DNA from: Utricularia gibba
Lineage: Eukaryota; Plantae; Magnoliophyta
Length of the DNA stretch: 64,000 nucleotides
Direction: 5' to 3'
NCBI GenBank assembly: GCA_002189035.1
Contig: CM007989.1
Location: 4,774,001 to 4,838,000 of the forward strand
In this document: one piece after another, positions 1-13,542 of the stretch
How positions within the stretch are numbered: position 1 is the stretch's first letter
Layout: each line of letters starts with the position of its first letter
The notes under the pieces: generated by a model
Told to the model about the DNA's origin: nothing
Seen by the model: the letters and a program-made list of their open reading frames with translations, nothing else
The model's database searches: none
Position numbers and translations under genes: made by a program

Positions 1-699
1 CATAACAACAAAATGAATTAATGGAAATAAAAAAATATAAAAATAAATATCAACCAACCTCATTTATCCCTTTTCATCCTACCTATCACAAGTTCATCGA
101 AAAAACTTAATTAGATAATATTGGTCACAATTATATTATATTATTAATACTATATGCAATCATTAGTGGCGTGGCGCCTTGCATATCCGGGATTGCCCGT
201 GCCATCACTAATGATGCTTTGGGAATATGCGCCATTAGTGATGACACTTCCAGATCATGCACTGCAGGGCACCATCAATGATGGCGCCTTGCTACACGGC
301 ACCATCAATAATGCCACCTTACTGCATGCACCCTTACTCTTTATCATATTGATATGTTCTATGTTTGTAAATTTTGACAGAAAAATTTTTTAATTGCAAG
401 AGTGAGCTTGACTAAGTTTCTATATATATTTTCTATATTCGTAAATTTTGACATTCAATTTTTGTGGTTGCACGGGCATGCTAGACTAAGTTGATTGAGT
501 AGAGTTGGACCTTATACCATGATCCCACATGCCACCCAACTATCGTTGGTAGACACCATTGCACAAAAATGCACAATGAGATGGATTGAGAAGTGAATCC
601 ACCACTAGTAGAATAGTCTGATGAATTCAATATTTTTTGTTTTGAACAACTTTGATTAATTACTAGTAGAACTTATTTATTTTTTATATTTTCTATATG

Positions 700-2390
700 A
701 TTGTTTTCAAACTATTTTCATAATAGTAGCTTATTCAATAATGATTTGCATCACAGTTTATTACGACAAAACACATCTACATATAATGATTGGAATAGTG
801 GTTTCATCTACCCATGCCTACATCGCTGTGATGATGACGGACGAGTCACATCATGTGTACCACTATATGTTGGTGGAAATAGAAATCTCCAATAAGCATG
901 TCTCCTCTCAACACTAGATTGGCTTGATCTTGAATGGAGCATCATGAATTGCCTATAAAAAGGTGGCCAATGATATGATGGAGTGGTAGCCAAGAGTGGC
1001 AGTTGCACATAGGAAGGAGTCTCCCATGTTGATGGTCTACTCATTGGTGCCATATATTACTAAAACATCTCTAGATTGAAATCCTCATATGTAAGGTCCA
1101 TGTGGACCTGCGTGAGGTCATCATCAGTTCCCAGATACGGAATCTATCTAGCTCCATACAATCTATTAGCATAGGCCCTCATATGCTCGCGTTGTTTCTT
1201 GATTCCTCAACACGAAATCTGTCTTGTTGTGTAGCTTGAAAAAAAACAAGATATCAAAAATTAGTTTAGACAATCTAACCCTTATTTATATAAAAATTTA
1301 TTTTACCACAAATGCTATCGGCTCTGCATCTCCACCTCAATATCCATCACCCTTCTTTTGCCTTTTTCCAAGATATAACAATGCGTACGGCCTATACCAT
1401 ACCATATACACCACCTCAGACACTATGAGGATCTCATGTAGATAGAAAATGTGATTGTGCCTAGATATCCACAAAACTATACATGTAGCATGTTCCAACG
1501 TCCAATCCGTATTGTATAAGTTTTTGGTGAACTTTTGTTCTGCAAGATTGATTTGTAGGGGATGGAATAACATGGCCACATCCAAATTGGCAAGAAACTC
1601 AATTAGGGTAATAGGGCTCCACCTGAGATGCATATATCATTAAACTGGTGTACTGCCAAAGCATACAATCACATTCTGGAGCACACAGTAAATGTATATC
1701 CTCGTAAGGGATCCATTTAAAGTGTCCAACAAACAATGAAATATGTATGATGACAATATGTACATTTCAAATAAAAATATATTCATATGATAACAATGTA
1801 TCTCGTCATCCCCACAAATCAAATCAAGTGTGTCGTGTATTGGCTTTAACTTGTCGGAGACCCAACCTTCGAACCACCAATCATACATGGATGGTTTAAA
1901 CCCCTCGTCCTCTCAATATATATCATGTGGGAAATGGCACTTCAGTGTAGTACGTAGAGATGAGATCCGAGTATATGCTCATAGCTGCATAAGAAACATT
2001 ATAACATGATAAATGTTAACATATATAATAATACTAGTAGAGGAAGCACGAAAAGGAACCTAAAGAAAATAAGGAGAACCACCCATTGTAACATGCCTAA
2101 GTGCACATGAATCAAACTTGTGATACAAATTCACTAGAATAGCTATCCTCCAACTAATGGCCATCTAGCGATTTTGATCTGTCATCCAATCAAGGACGCT
2201 TAACTTACCACAGTTATAGATGGCATCCTGGAAATAAACTCCACAACAAACTAACAATATAACAACATGATCAAAACGTACAACTTCCTTCTCAAGAGTC
2301 TTCGCTTTGATAGCAACATATTGATGTATGTTTGAAGGCCAATCATAATAAAATATGAATAGCTGACAATGAAGGTTTCCTCGGCATTTT
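700..2390 (-). pseudogene. Plant Mobile Domain (PMD, MAIN/MAIL-like) gene, central and C-terminal part, disrupted
   Basis: Minus-strand translations give ISWRIAILVNLYHKFDSCALRHVTMGGSPYFL (PMD YSWGSAVLAxLYRxL...GGCxxLLQ, ~2170-2060), VEPYYPN*VSCQFGCGHVIP (PMD VExHxPDRVxRQFGxxQxIP, ~1625-1565) and DWTLEHATCIVLWISR. There are many stops and frameshifts, and the left boundary is approximate. Confidence 0.7.
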
Positions 2391-2737
2391 TTTTCTTTTT
2401 AGTTTTTTATTTAAATTTGTTGTACTATTTTTAAGACATTTAATTATAAGGCACCATAAATAATAATATGTGAAAAATAAATATTATTACTAAATTCACT
2501 TATATTTAAGACGTTATTACTAATGACATATCAAGTTAGTTCTTTAAATTTTTTTATTGTTTTATTAATTATTTTATTTATATTTTTCTTGTTTTATATA
2601 TGATACTTATAAATTTATTCTTAGCTTTTCTATAGATTGACATAAGATTTTTTGTATTAATAATTTGTTTTCATTATATTTTTGTGTTGATTAATATGTT
2701 TTATTTATTAATTTATTTATAGTTTTATGTAGATTGA

Positions 2738-3000
2738 CATGTCCTCATATCTAAGAGTTCATGGTCCTAAGTATCTGAGCCTATTGAATATGTAAAAATA
2801 GCACATTACTTATGATTTGTTATAGGGATCAAACCGTAAAACGATGCAGTTCAAACATAGTTATAATTTCTTTGCAGTCAGATCATGGGAGGAGAGAACT
2901 ATAAGATATCTTGATCATTGGGGTTTTTATTGGGTTCTGAAGAGAGATGACGTCCAAAAATGCACACCTTCTTCCTACCATGCTCGAGTAGGAGACATAG
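2738..3000 (+). pseudogene. PMD N-terminal fragment, opposite in orientation to the rest of the gene
   Basis: Plus-strand HGPKYLSLLNM*K*HITYDLL (PMD GPxDxSxLxxQxxHxSxxIW), RTIRYLDHWGFYWVL, and ER*RPKMHTFFLPC (PMD hallmark ERWRPETHTFHLP). Confidence 0.75.
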
Positions 3001-4201
3001 GTATCAAAATCAAGAGGTCTAAAAACCTCTTCACTGTACATTTGTCACAAAGCATGCAATATATTGAGGCTAATCATGAGATCATCAGCACTTACCTTCA
3101 TCTCAACAATAATAGCATGAAAGCATGGAACACCATACTTAGTCCACTTTCCGCAACTATAAGTTTGATCGTAAAGCATCACTCTATAGTGATAGTGTCT
3201 CCGTTTCCCACGGCTGATGACTTCAATCTGAAATAAATTTAAAAAATATTTAAAGTATACCTTCTTATCTATGTGTAGTATGCATAAGTTCAGATCCAAT
3301 GAATAAATTAGAAAAGTTGCGATATTGCATTCCATCCATGTACGCCATACAGGTATGTGAAAAGTCACAAACCGATATATCTCTATGTTAGCACGAGCAC
3401 ATTTGTCCTCCCAGAATGTGGGCTGACTAACTGGCACGATGAATTCAAATTTTTGTTTTATATGACATGGGCAACACAATATTGAGAGTGAACTTTACTA
3501 GCAAATGCAATACCGTTGATCAACATATGTACCTTCTCATCTTAGCACCTATACTTGCCACCATATTTAAATTCCTCAGATATGAAAGTGTTTACCGGAT
3601 TATTTTGAAAAGAGGGTACTCCTCCCTCATGGAACACCCCAGAGAATCATCGAGAGTGAGATTCATGCAATTGTATTTCACGAGGTACCTCAATTCCGGT
3701 CTCTAGTGCTTCGTGTGTGCAAACATTCTTTGGAGAGGCTTCAGAATCCTCACTTGAGTCAGTGTTTCCACCATCATTATCAAAGTTGACCATATCTTCA
3801 AAAAATGTCATTGAAAATAATTTCATACATTTAAACATAATATCACTATAATTACCTTCTAAAGGTAATCCTTCAATCACGTTCACACTCGGATTGTTAT
3901 CATGACTTAAAGATAATAACAATTGAGGATTGTAAAATACACCTATAATACAATTAAATATTACTAATATAAAAAAATGGATAGTTCTAAACATATCCAA
4001 TAAAAAAATACTTGCATAGTTGACATTTGGCATATTGGTGCAAGGAAATGAAAGAATATCCAAACTTTTACCCTTATTGTAAGCCAAGGTGACATTTTTG
4101 TTATTAAATGTCATGTTACTCGCATATTGAGAATCAGACAACATTCTGAAAAAATCAAAAAAATTCATAGTATATTTATTCATTATGAAATGGTAAATCA
4201 A
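3000..4201 (-). pseudogene. MULE transposase remnant (N-terminal region and SWIM zinc finger; core largely deleted)
   Basis: ORF 3045-3479 contains YRVMLYDQTYSCGKWTKYGVPCFHAIIV (degenerate SWIM CxCxxWxxxGxPCxHA). ORF 3647-4201 resembles the acidic N-terminal region of MuDR-type proteins. Confidence 0.6.
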
Positions 4202-6064
4202 ATATAAATTTAAATCAAATTAATTTATTGATAATAATAGCAATAGAATCAACAATTGTATGATTATTATAGAGTATAAAAAATTTAAATAAAAAATTAC
4301 AAAGGGAAAAAAAATAATATTACAAAATTTTTCTTCAACTCCGACTCTACTCAACTTTGAATATAAATGAAAAAATTTGTGGAGCTATAATATATATATG
4401 GAAGAGAAGATATAGGGTTAGCATTAAGATGCCACCATTGATGGTGTGTTGGCGTTGTTGTTGATGGTGTCCTATCGTAGGGCACGATAGTTGGTGGTGC
4501 CTTATCTAAAGTACTATCAATGATGACACAGTCCATCCCTAATATGCAAAGCGTCATTAATGATCACGTATAGTATTAATAATATAATATAATTATTAAC
4601 TAATATTATTTAACTTAGTTTTTCCAAATTCACCGCACGAGCAGTGCATCTTATCAACTTCTTTTTTCAAATGGATAATTTCTCCATTCATTCGTGAATT
4701 GCTTGGTAATCAAGAGTGCCCATTATCCCAACAGTTCGCACAATTAGTGTTTTGTATGAGATACATAAGGGCGCATATTCCACTTTTGTGGATATTTTTT
4801 CTCGATTAAAATATCGAATTTTTTTTTTAATAAATGTCCAGATTAATAGTGCCATACGATTAAAACGCAGTCCCATAATATAAAAATGCTGACTAACTAA
4901 AAAGAGTAATACGTAATTCTCAATAAATAATAAATAACACTCCAACATAAAATTACGGAATAAACTTAAAATGAACAATAACCAAATCTAATTGAGCTTA
5001 AGTTATAAGCTTTTCACTGACACTTGTTTCGATTTTTGCTCATAATATGAACTTAATCTCACAAAATAAAACTTATATTTGGAATGTTGACGAAATCAAG
5101 AAGACAACAATACAAACAAAAATAACAAAATATTCCAAACTATACTTAACACATGTATTTTAGTCACTAGTAGTGTTAATTTTATAATAATAAAAAAAAA
5201 TATGTTACCATATATCAATAAGAATGATCTTCAATAAGAATATTCATATTCATATTCTTATTCCAATACTTTCTTCAAAACCACATAATATTCTATTCTA
5301 GTGTTTTAAATTAAGGTTGAAATTCAAGCTTGCCGTTCAATGCAGTGTCTCCTTTCCCACACGTTCGAACATCTCCCAATTTTTAGAAACTGCAAGTGAC
5401 TGCAAAGTTTGGGTACATCCATACGGTTCTCCTCAAACAAAGCAATAGACATAGCATCCTCACGTTCTATCAAGTTTTACCCTGTTGGCTTTTTCATGAA
5501 ACCTAACTTCGCACTACCTCTTTCTGGCCCTAGCTGATCTCACCATGGTTGAATTGTTCACAGGCCTTCAAACCAAAAGCAAATCATATTGTCGGCAAAT
5601 GATCCGATTCAATCCGAATCCTTAATCTTTTGGGTTCCGATTCCATACTTTTAGAAAAATATTTAAAATATTAAATGCAGATATTTTTTTATTTATTGAA
5701 ATATATTCATATTAGGTTAAATGCAATTTAATCTATTATAAAAAAAATTCCAATACAAAACTATGAGTAGATCATATGAGGAATTTACTTGGATTTTAAA
5801 ACAATTCTCTACTATCAATAGATTTTTTATACTATATAAATATTTACATTTAGATTAACATTTGGAGCCAAAAAACAAACGCTTTGTACTTATTTGCTCC
5901 AATTTCTTTATCATATCCACATTCCTCACTCCTCTCATCCTCCATCGCAATAGCATCCTAATTGCACACAAGACACCCAGTAAAAATCCTTAGTTATCTG
6001 AATGAAACATTATCTTTCTAGATCATGTTTCAATCTCAATTACATCTTAATTTTCCTTATATTA

Positions 6065-9000
6065 GGGATAATTTCAAAAACTGGTTATAATGTTGTCATG
6101 TTTTCAAAAATGCGTCATAATGTATAAAATGAGTTATATTCAGTCACAATACTTTTCATCAATTGCAAAATTCGGTCACACGGCAGAATTAGTAACCTGA
6201 GATTATAGAAAGTTACTAAAATACCCTCTCCAGTATAATGCAGTATTTCCTGCAATTTCACCTCATTTGGGCGCGATTCTAGGTGTTGGTCGAACACCAG
6301 AAATTGGGAGAAAATGGGATTGGGTAACAGCTGTGGCTTGCGGAATCACACAAGCCAGTTACACTTTGAAGGTAAGTTTTTTGGTTTACACTATGGCGGA
6401 AAAATTATCCGTCGATTTGGGAGACAGAAGTATGTTGATGGTAAGGATACCTACATTGATGTGTTAGATCCGAGAGTTTTTTCATTGCAATACTTTCGTG
6501 AAATTGCTACTTCCTATGGTTATGAAAATGCGCAATCAGTTAGTGTGTGGATGAAATGTTGCAATGATATTAAGGAAATCGTTAGTGAGATTGAGGTTAA
6601 TGAATGTGTTGATATACTGGAAAAAGATGGTCCTTTAGAAATACTACTCGTAGGAGATAGAAATTCCAGCGCAATCGAGAAGCATGATGATGATTTGATG
6701 CCAAAAAATTTAGGTAACTTATGGTTATAGTTTAATGGCATTATGGTAAGTGAATTATGATTTAATAGCATTTGGAATAAAGTTTGCAGTGAACATGTTT
6801 GATGAGGTTGGAGATGTGTTAGAAGGCCGCAAAAGGTTACCCAAAGAAAGAGGAGAGACAATAGAAGCCATTGAAGAGCATACTTGTGTTGAAGGTAATT
6901 TGTACATACTTTAACTGTTGGTATTTTTCTATATTGTTACTTTGATTTCTACATACTAGAAGTAAGCCACCATGTACATAAAAAAGTAAGACTATGAAAG
7001 CTATATTTACATTTTCAGTGATATTTACAAATGAAAGAATACTAACCAAAGATTCTAAATCCTTTAGCAGAGAGTTCTTGTTCAACTAAACCGAAACACA
7101 AAAAGATGGCTGCGAAAAGAATCTCTAGAGGTTGGAAAAAAGGTTAGTTATAGAGTAACTTTCCTAATTTCACATTATGATTTTTTTTTTCTAAATTTCA
7201 TAAGATAATATTCTTTTAGGTTGTATTGGAGAGGATAACACCGATCATGGCTCAGGCTGTAAGTTCACAAATAATGCTATAAGGTGCCATGGTGGAAAAG
7301 GAAAAAGCAAGTCAATAGACTAAATTGAACAACAAGATGAGTCAGGTGGTTCAGATTCAGAATTTTGGAGGGATGAGTTAAATGTGTTTGAGAAGCATAA
7401 TACAACAAGTGAGGCTCTCGTGGGGCAAGGTGCTACCTCTCAACATACATCTACAGCTACAAACAAAAGTATGCCTAATATTTTTGAAGATAATGAGGTT
7501 GGTATGGTTACTGAAGATGAAACTTTTATAGTTTAGATAGTGATGAAGATGAGTTATAGCAAAGATGCCAAGCCAAGGTTAGAAGGTTCAACTTGAAGAC
7601 AGAAATGGCCAATCTTGTTCTACAAAACGGCCTTATTTTTAGTAGTAAACAGGAAGCAAAGATGACAATTGAAAACTACAACTTTAAGAAAGGGAAGGAC
7701 ATCATTTTTTTTGACCAACAGTCGTCAACGGTTGGCGGCATAATGCAGGATCAAAGCATGTAAGTGGATGATCAATGTTTCACAGACGAAAAACGACAAA
7801 GGATGGACTGTGAAATCATATCATGAGAAGCACACGTCTTGTGGTAGGCTACGTAAGCTGATGTCAATGAAATCACGGTGGTTAGGTACAGAGTATGCTA
7901 AGTTTGTTGCCGAACATCCCAAAGTGTCAACGCAAGATTTTAGGAAGCATGTTGTGGCGACCTTAAAGGTGGATATTTCTAAGGCGCAGGCTCACCGTGG
8001 TAGAGCAGCAGCTAGAGCAGCACTTAGTGGGACAGCACGTGAGCAATGGAACAAACTTAGAAGTTACTTAGGTGAGCTACGAGTTGCCAATCCGGACTCC
8101 ACTATTGTGTTGAAGACAACCAATGAAACAAATGCTGCAGAAAAAAAATTCCAGGGAGTTTACATATGTTTTGGAGCCATTAAGAAGAACTTTAAAAAAG
8201 ATTGTCGTAAATTCATTGGACTAGATGGTTGCTTCTTGAAAGGGCCATTTGGTGGTCAATTACTTACTGCTGTTGGTCTAGTTGCAAATAACTCTATTTT
8301 CCCTTATGCTTTTGCAGTAGTAGAGAAGGAGAATTTTTTCAACTAGAGGTGGTTCATTGAGCTTCTAAAAGAGAATTTAGAAGTTGGCAATGGGAAGTTC
8401 TGGACATTCATGTCCGATAAACAAAAGAGATTAGTTGAATGCTTTGAAGAGTTATTACCTAAAGCAGAAAACCGTTTTTGTGTTCGGCACTTGCACGGTA
8501 ATATGAAAAGGGCAGGGTTCACTGGTATGGCAGTTAAAAAACTGGTGTGGGCAGCAGCAGCTAGATCATCATGGGTGGAAGTGTGGAAGCATCACATGGA
8601 TGAGATGACAGAAAAATTTCATGATGTATATAAATGGCTTCAAAAAAGGGATCCAACAGAATGGAGTAAGGCATTTTTTTCTCCATTTGCTAAGTGTGAT
8701 GCCCTCTTGAACAACTACTGTGAGTGTTTTAATTCTATTTACTTGAAGCACATGAACTGCCTATCATCCAATTGTTAGAGGGCATTAGAAATTTGTCGAT
8801 GATTCGGATTGATAGCATAAGGACTCAATGTGTAAAATGGGAATGCCAGTTATGTCCCAGGATAAAATCTTGGTTGGAAAAATTAGAGGATGATGCAACA
8901 AAATACTTTGCAATACGGAGCGATGAGAACAACTATCAAGTAGTTGGCCCATACATGACTAGAACTGTCAATTTACTAGAAAAAACATGTAGTTGTGGGT

Positions 9001-10692
9001 CTTGGCAGTTAACTTCATTTCCATGTTGTCATGCAGTGACTGCAATATGGCATAAAGGTCATAAGGTTGAAAACTATATTGATGAGTGCTTGGATCAGCC
9101 AATATCAACACTCAATCGGATGTGTTTCTAGTGAAGATCTATGGAAGCATTCTGCTGTTCCTTCTCCGTTACCCCCAAATTATGCGAAAGGTGCTGGTAG
9201 GCCAAAAGAGGCGAGGAAACGCAATCCTGAAGAGCCTCCCCCAGTTAAAAATCCAAACCGAGCACAAGGGCTAACAAGGGAGTCCAACCAATGCAACTGA
9301 TGCCAACCACAACAAATGAACTTGCAAGAAGCTACAAGAAAACCAAGAGCATTCTGTAAGCTTTCTTCAATATTTGTTATACACATTTTTTCTATTCAAT
9401 TTATCGCTAACATTGTTCTTCATTCGTGCCATAGCAAACTCAAGAAAGCACTGTAAACCAACCAGTTGGAAATGATGCTCTTGTTCCCACAGATGATCCA
9501 ACACCACAAGTAGAAACTACCAATCAAATAGCAGCATTGGGTTCCACAGATCAGGTATGTTATATTAAAACTTATGATTCCAACATTTTTGTGTGGTATA
9601 CAAAATGTATGTCTTTTTTTAGGTTGCTACAAAGGGGAAACGGCCATCATCTCAACATCAGCCTACAGAGCAACATAAGGAGAAAAAAAATTGCGGGTAA
9701 CTAGGCTTACTTTGCTTATTATACACTATTAAATAATGTTCCTAGCTAACAATTTTTTTTGTACAAAATACAAAGGCTACCACTACACCTGCATCTACAC
9801 GGTTAACTTTTCCCGTTTCAGATAACATAAGAGCTGTGAATGCATCGGTGATTGTTAAAGGTAACAACAACTATATCATTTTGTCTAATCTTAAAAATAG
9901 CTTGAAAAAAAAATAGTTGCCCACCAGCCAAACCATCAACGTTGAGACAATGTTTCAAGGACTATGTTTTTATGGAGATTTTGTTGTTGACATTTTAATG
10001 TATTTTATGTGAATGAGATTTGATCTTTGGCATTTTGACATACTGTAAGTTTCCAATAATACAATGATTCAATCTATAAGAAATCCAAAATCAAGTTAAA
10101 TTCGATTTTAAAATATTATTCTCATGATTAGCTCTCCATTGTATTTAAAATCATACACATATTCATTAAGTTATAAAAATAAAATATTATATTTATCTAA
10201 ATTTTTTTTAAAAAAAAGATATGATTAAAATGACAATAACTATTTTGAGTTCTCATATTTAAATAAAATTATTTAGCTAATCAATACAATGATTAAGGCT
10301 ATCTAGTTATTAATATTCCAATTATTTAATATTAAAAAGAAAAAAAGATGATTGAGATTGAAAATTATTTAATAGTTGACTCAGCATCGAATGCCAAATA
10401 ATTCCATAATTTGTTAATTGGTGGAGGATTTAACACCAATAAAAGCATAGTTTCCTTAATTGTGAATAAAAAATGCAATTTTAGTCATTGCAACTTTTAT
10501 TTCCTTATTTTTTTTATTTATTAACTTCAAGGGTATTTTAGTGACTTCCTATAAGCTCCGGTTGCTAATTCTGCCGTGTGACTGAATTTTGTAATCGATG
10601 AAAATTACTGTGACTGAATATAACTCATTTTATACATTATGACGCATGTTTGAAAAGAAAACAACATTATAACTAGTTTTTGAAATTATCCC
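6065..10692 (+). mobile_element. MuDR/Mutator-like DNA transposon with ~162-bp TIRs
   Basis: TIR 6065-6226 (GGGATAATTTCAAAAACTGGTTATAATGTTG...AAAATACCC) is the reverse complement, with mismatches, of 10531-10692 (GGGTATTTTAG...AACTAGTTTTTGAAATTATCCC). A MuDR transposase pseudogene lies inside. No recognisable 9-bp TSD. Confidence 0.9.
6314..9920 (+). pseudogene. MuDR-family transposase, disrupted
   Basis: N-terminal LHYGG...Y.DGK segment (6314-6730); MULE DDE domain FIGLDGCFLKGPFGGQLLTAVG...PYAFAVVEKEN and MSDKQKRL...RFCVRHL (7768-8778); SWIM TCSCGSWQLTSFPCCHAVTAI (8772-9131). Stops and frameshifts separate the ORFs. Confidence 0.9.
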
Positions 10693-11461
10693 TTTTTGAA
10701 ACCTACAAAATGTAGTTATTGATTAAAAAAATGTGACACATTTTAATTAGCAAATAAAATTGAGTTCACAGAATCAACTATTTGCTGATGAAAATTCAAT
10801 GCCCATGTCCCTCACAAAAAATTTCTACTTTATAGTACTTTCATATCTTATAATAAAATTTATACCACTTTTTATTACTGTTATAAAAATAATATTCAAA
10901 ATTTTTTCATACAAAATGTTAGCATTCCAAAAGAACATGTCACATTTTCCTCTTCTCCAAAACGAAGTGGATTTTGCAAATCCTATCAAAAAGAAATACC
11001 AATAACAGATAATTTTTTATATAAACTATAGAATACTTAAAACAAAAAAAAGAACATAAAAAATTGAAATAAGTAGAATACAGATACCTTTTTACTATTT
11101 ACAAATGCAACAAATATGATATAATTAATTACTTTCGCATATTTTTCAATACTGTTGCTAATGTCTTGGGTGGATAAAATTAGCATAATACCTCTTATTT
11201 TCAAATGTGTTTATAAAATATATTACTTTTTAATTTTACAAAATGCACTTTTTTTTACTTGCATAATATAGGTGTATGTTTACCTGCCTACAACTGATGT
11301 TGTGTCAAAATTAGTAGTATTAGTGTTCCTTTTCAGTGTTAGGATGAGGATTTAGGTGAATTAGAACGGGTGAAAATGTGAAAATTAGTGTTGGCGGATT
11401 CAATGTGTGTAAAAATGCATATGGGCTTATTTTGCGTCAATCTACTTGCTGGGGTGGACAC

Positions 11462-11957
11462 TGATAAACGAAAAATTTGTGCAACGTTGTTAAATTGTAA
11501 TTTTACTCTATCAAATAAATTTATAAATTAACACACATTCAAGCATAATACAATTATGAACATAATGATTAGGATCGAACACGAAAAGCAGGTACTTGTC
11601 ATGTGATTGTCAATGCATGCAATCAGTGTCACGCTAATAGATTTGGCCTTAACTAAGACTAAGGCATAGTTGCGATAAAATACAGTAAAAAAAAGTAACA
11701 AATTTATGAACTCGGTTGTTATTATAATGAAATGAGTGATGCCTTAGGACTCCTAGGGGATATATGTTCATCACTAAACATGCTCACACAAACCATAAAT
11801 CGAACAACTAACAAACAAAAATCTAGGTCTACCTGAATTCTTATTTTTCCCCTAATCTTTGGTCTACCTTTAATTAGGGTTGTTGAGCTGGGTTTCACTA
11901 TTTTCCCCTCCTAAATCTATCTTGCTTTATTAAAGAAGTGACGTGACTTATGATTGA
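11462..11957 (-). mobile_element. Athila-type LTR (family B), 3' part of an LTR interrupted by the insertion at 11963-16707
   Basis: Begins TGATAAACGAAAAATT (reverse complement of an LTR end ...TTTATCA). Colinear with 17204-17590 and with the left part of 58985-59826. Continues after the insertion at 16713. Confidence 0.75.
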
Positions 11958-13334
11958 TTAGGTGATAGCACACAAATTTTCCTACTTTTATGATATGAAA
12001 ATAAAATTTTTTTAATTATGTTTAGTCGTTGATTTTATAGTTTTAAGTATTTTTATTTGATTAGGGAAAATATGATTTTTTGGTATATTAGTGGGCTAAA
12101 TCAAAGGATTTAGCCCACCTCATGTCTAACCCAATTTTGAGTTTAGCAGCAACTCAAAAATCAAGGAAGAAATCTGGATTTCGTGTAAGTCACTAGACTG
12201 CAGGGAGCAATGAGTACACTGTCGCGGCGGCAATCTACAGATAAGGGCCAGAAGCAGCAGATTTGTCAGAGAATGTACTTGCCTTGGGCAGTGAGAGGCG
12301 AGAGAAAGATGAGAGGAACGAGAGTTTTCAGAACACACACGAGAGGGTTTCTCCCCCAACTCGAACACGAACAATACTGAAGGAGAAGTAGGAGAAGGGC
12401 GATTATTCTAGAGAAGAACCTCCAGTGTGAAGGAAGGAGATCAAGACCCAGTCCAGCGCCACTATTCCGACCTGTGAACAGTGGCAGACGGAATCCAGAA
12501 CCCTTACTACTTTATTTTCGTTTGTTTATGTTTTTAGCTTCTGCGACCAACTGCTGCATGATGTTCTTAACATTTTCGCTGCTTTATGTTAATGCCATTA
12601 CATTTTACCTAAAAAATATGAGTACCTAGAACCCTAGGGATAACTTAAGGAAAAGTATGGTGATGTGGATCTAGGAGTCTTAATAAAATTCACAATTATT
12701 TCTTAGTTCTTGTTTCTATCATTCCATAGATAGACCTAAGAAGGAGAACAATTAACTTCTCAATTTAGAAGCTTGATTTAGAGGTAGACTAACAAATCAA
12801 GACGAGAGCAGTAGGTGTTAGTCCGGGATAGAACCATTAGAACCGGGTAGACATAGTTCTATACACTTTGCATGCGGGTAGTCCTAATTGTAAGGTTGAT
12901 GATGACATTGGGGACTAGCTTAGCCAAAAATATGATGAATGATTTGGGTAGACCTAGGTGATTTGAAGTTGTGAGTGTAGGAACATGGTAATTTAACTTA
13001 GATATTTTAGCACCACACCATCTGCAGACTCTTAAGGCATCTACGTATTATTCTGAGTTAGAACCAGTACTTGTTACTTTTCGCATTGAAACCTGATTTT
13101 GTTTACTGAACTTACCTACCACTGCTAGTCCGAGCTTAGACTAAAACTTATTGTTATCCCAAATTATGCATTTACTAAAACACTTAGCAAGCACAAGCTC
13201 TTCGTGATCGACCCCGACATCCACTATACAAGTTTTCTAAATTTGTATTTTGTGTAGATTAGGGACTATAAATTTATTTGATACGGAAGTTTGCTTTTAT
13301 TGCAACGATATGCTAAAATTTCCGTTTATCAAAT

Positions 13335-13352
13335 TGGCGTCGTTGCCGGGGA
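13335..13352 (+). promoter_or_regulatory. Primer-binding site of the Athila element (tRNA-Asp type)
   Basis: TGGCGTCGTTGCCGGGGA lies 3 nt after the LTR end and matches the Athila PBS consensus TGGCGCCGTTGCCGGGGA. Confidence 0.85.
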
Positions 13353-13542
13353 GTGGTGTTCAATTGTTTTGTGTTTTTAGTTGATGCATTTGTGTTCCTT
13401 TGGTGTAGGGAATTTCAATTTCAATCTTGAGGTCGAGAGGGCTGCTTGAGAGAACCGCAAAAAAATCAAGGGAGGTGGTCAAGTTTATGAAAATCCTTAC
13501 TGTAACCACTCAAATCTGAAAATAGCCAAACAGGAGAAGACA

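Larger units (their letters stand above)
99..4625 (-). mobile_element. Decayed Mutator-like element (MULE) carrying a transposase remnant and a Plant Mobile Domain gene
   Basis: Long imperfect TIRs: 99-~300 (GAAAAAACTTAATTAGATAATATTGGTCACAATTATATTATATTATTAATACTA...) matches the reverse complement of ~4430-4625 (GGAAAAACTAAGTTAAATAATATTAGTTAATAATTATATTATATTATTAATACTA...). The 9-bp flanks AAGTTCATC (90-98) and AAATTCACC (4626-4634) match at 7/9, consistent with an old MULE TSD. SWIM and PMD motifs lie inside. Confidence 0.75.

Noticed and set aside
5300-5630. GC-richer segment that could be a pseudogene fragment
   Set aside because: All frames I read have stops and no motif I recognise.
6056-10701. 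TSD for the second MULE
   Set aside because: The flanks CTTATATTA and TTTTTGAAA do not match in any nearby register.
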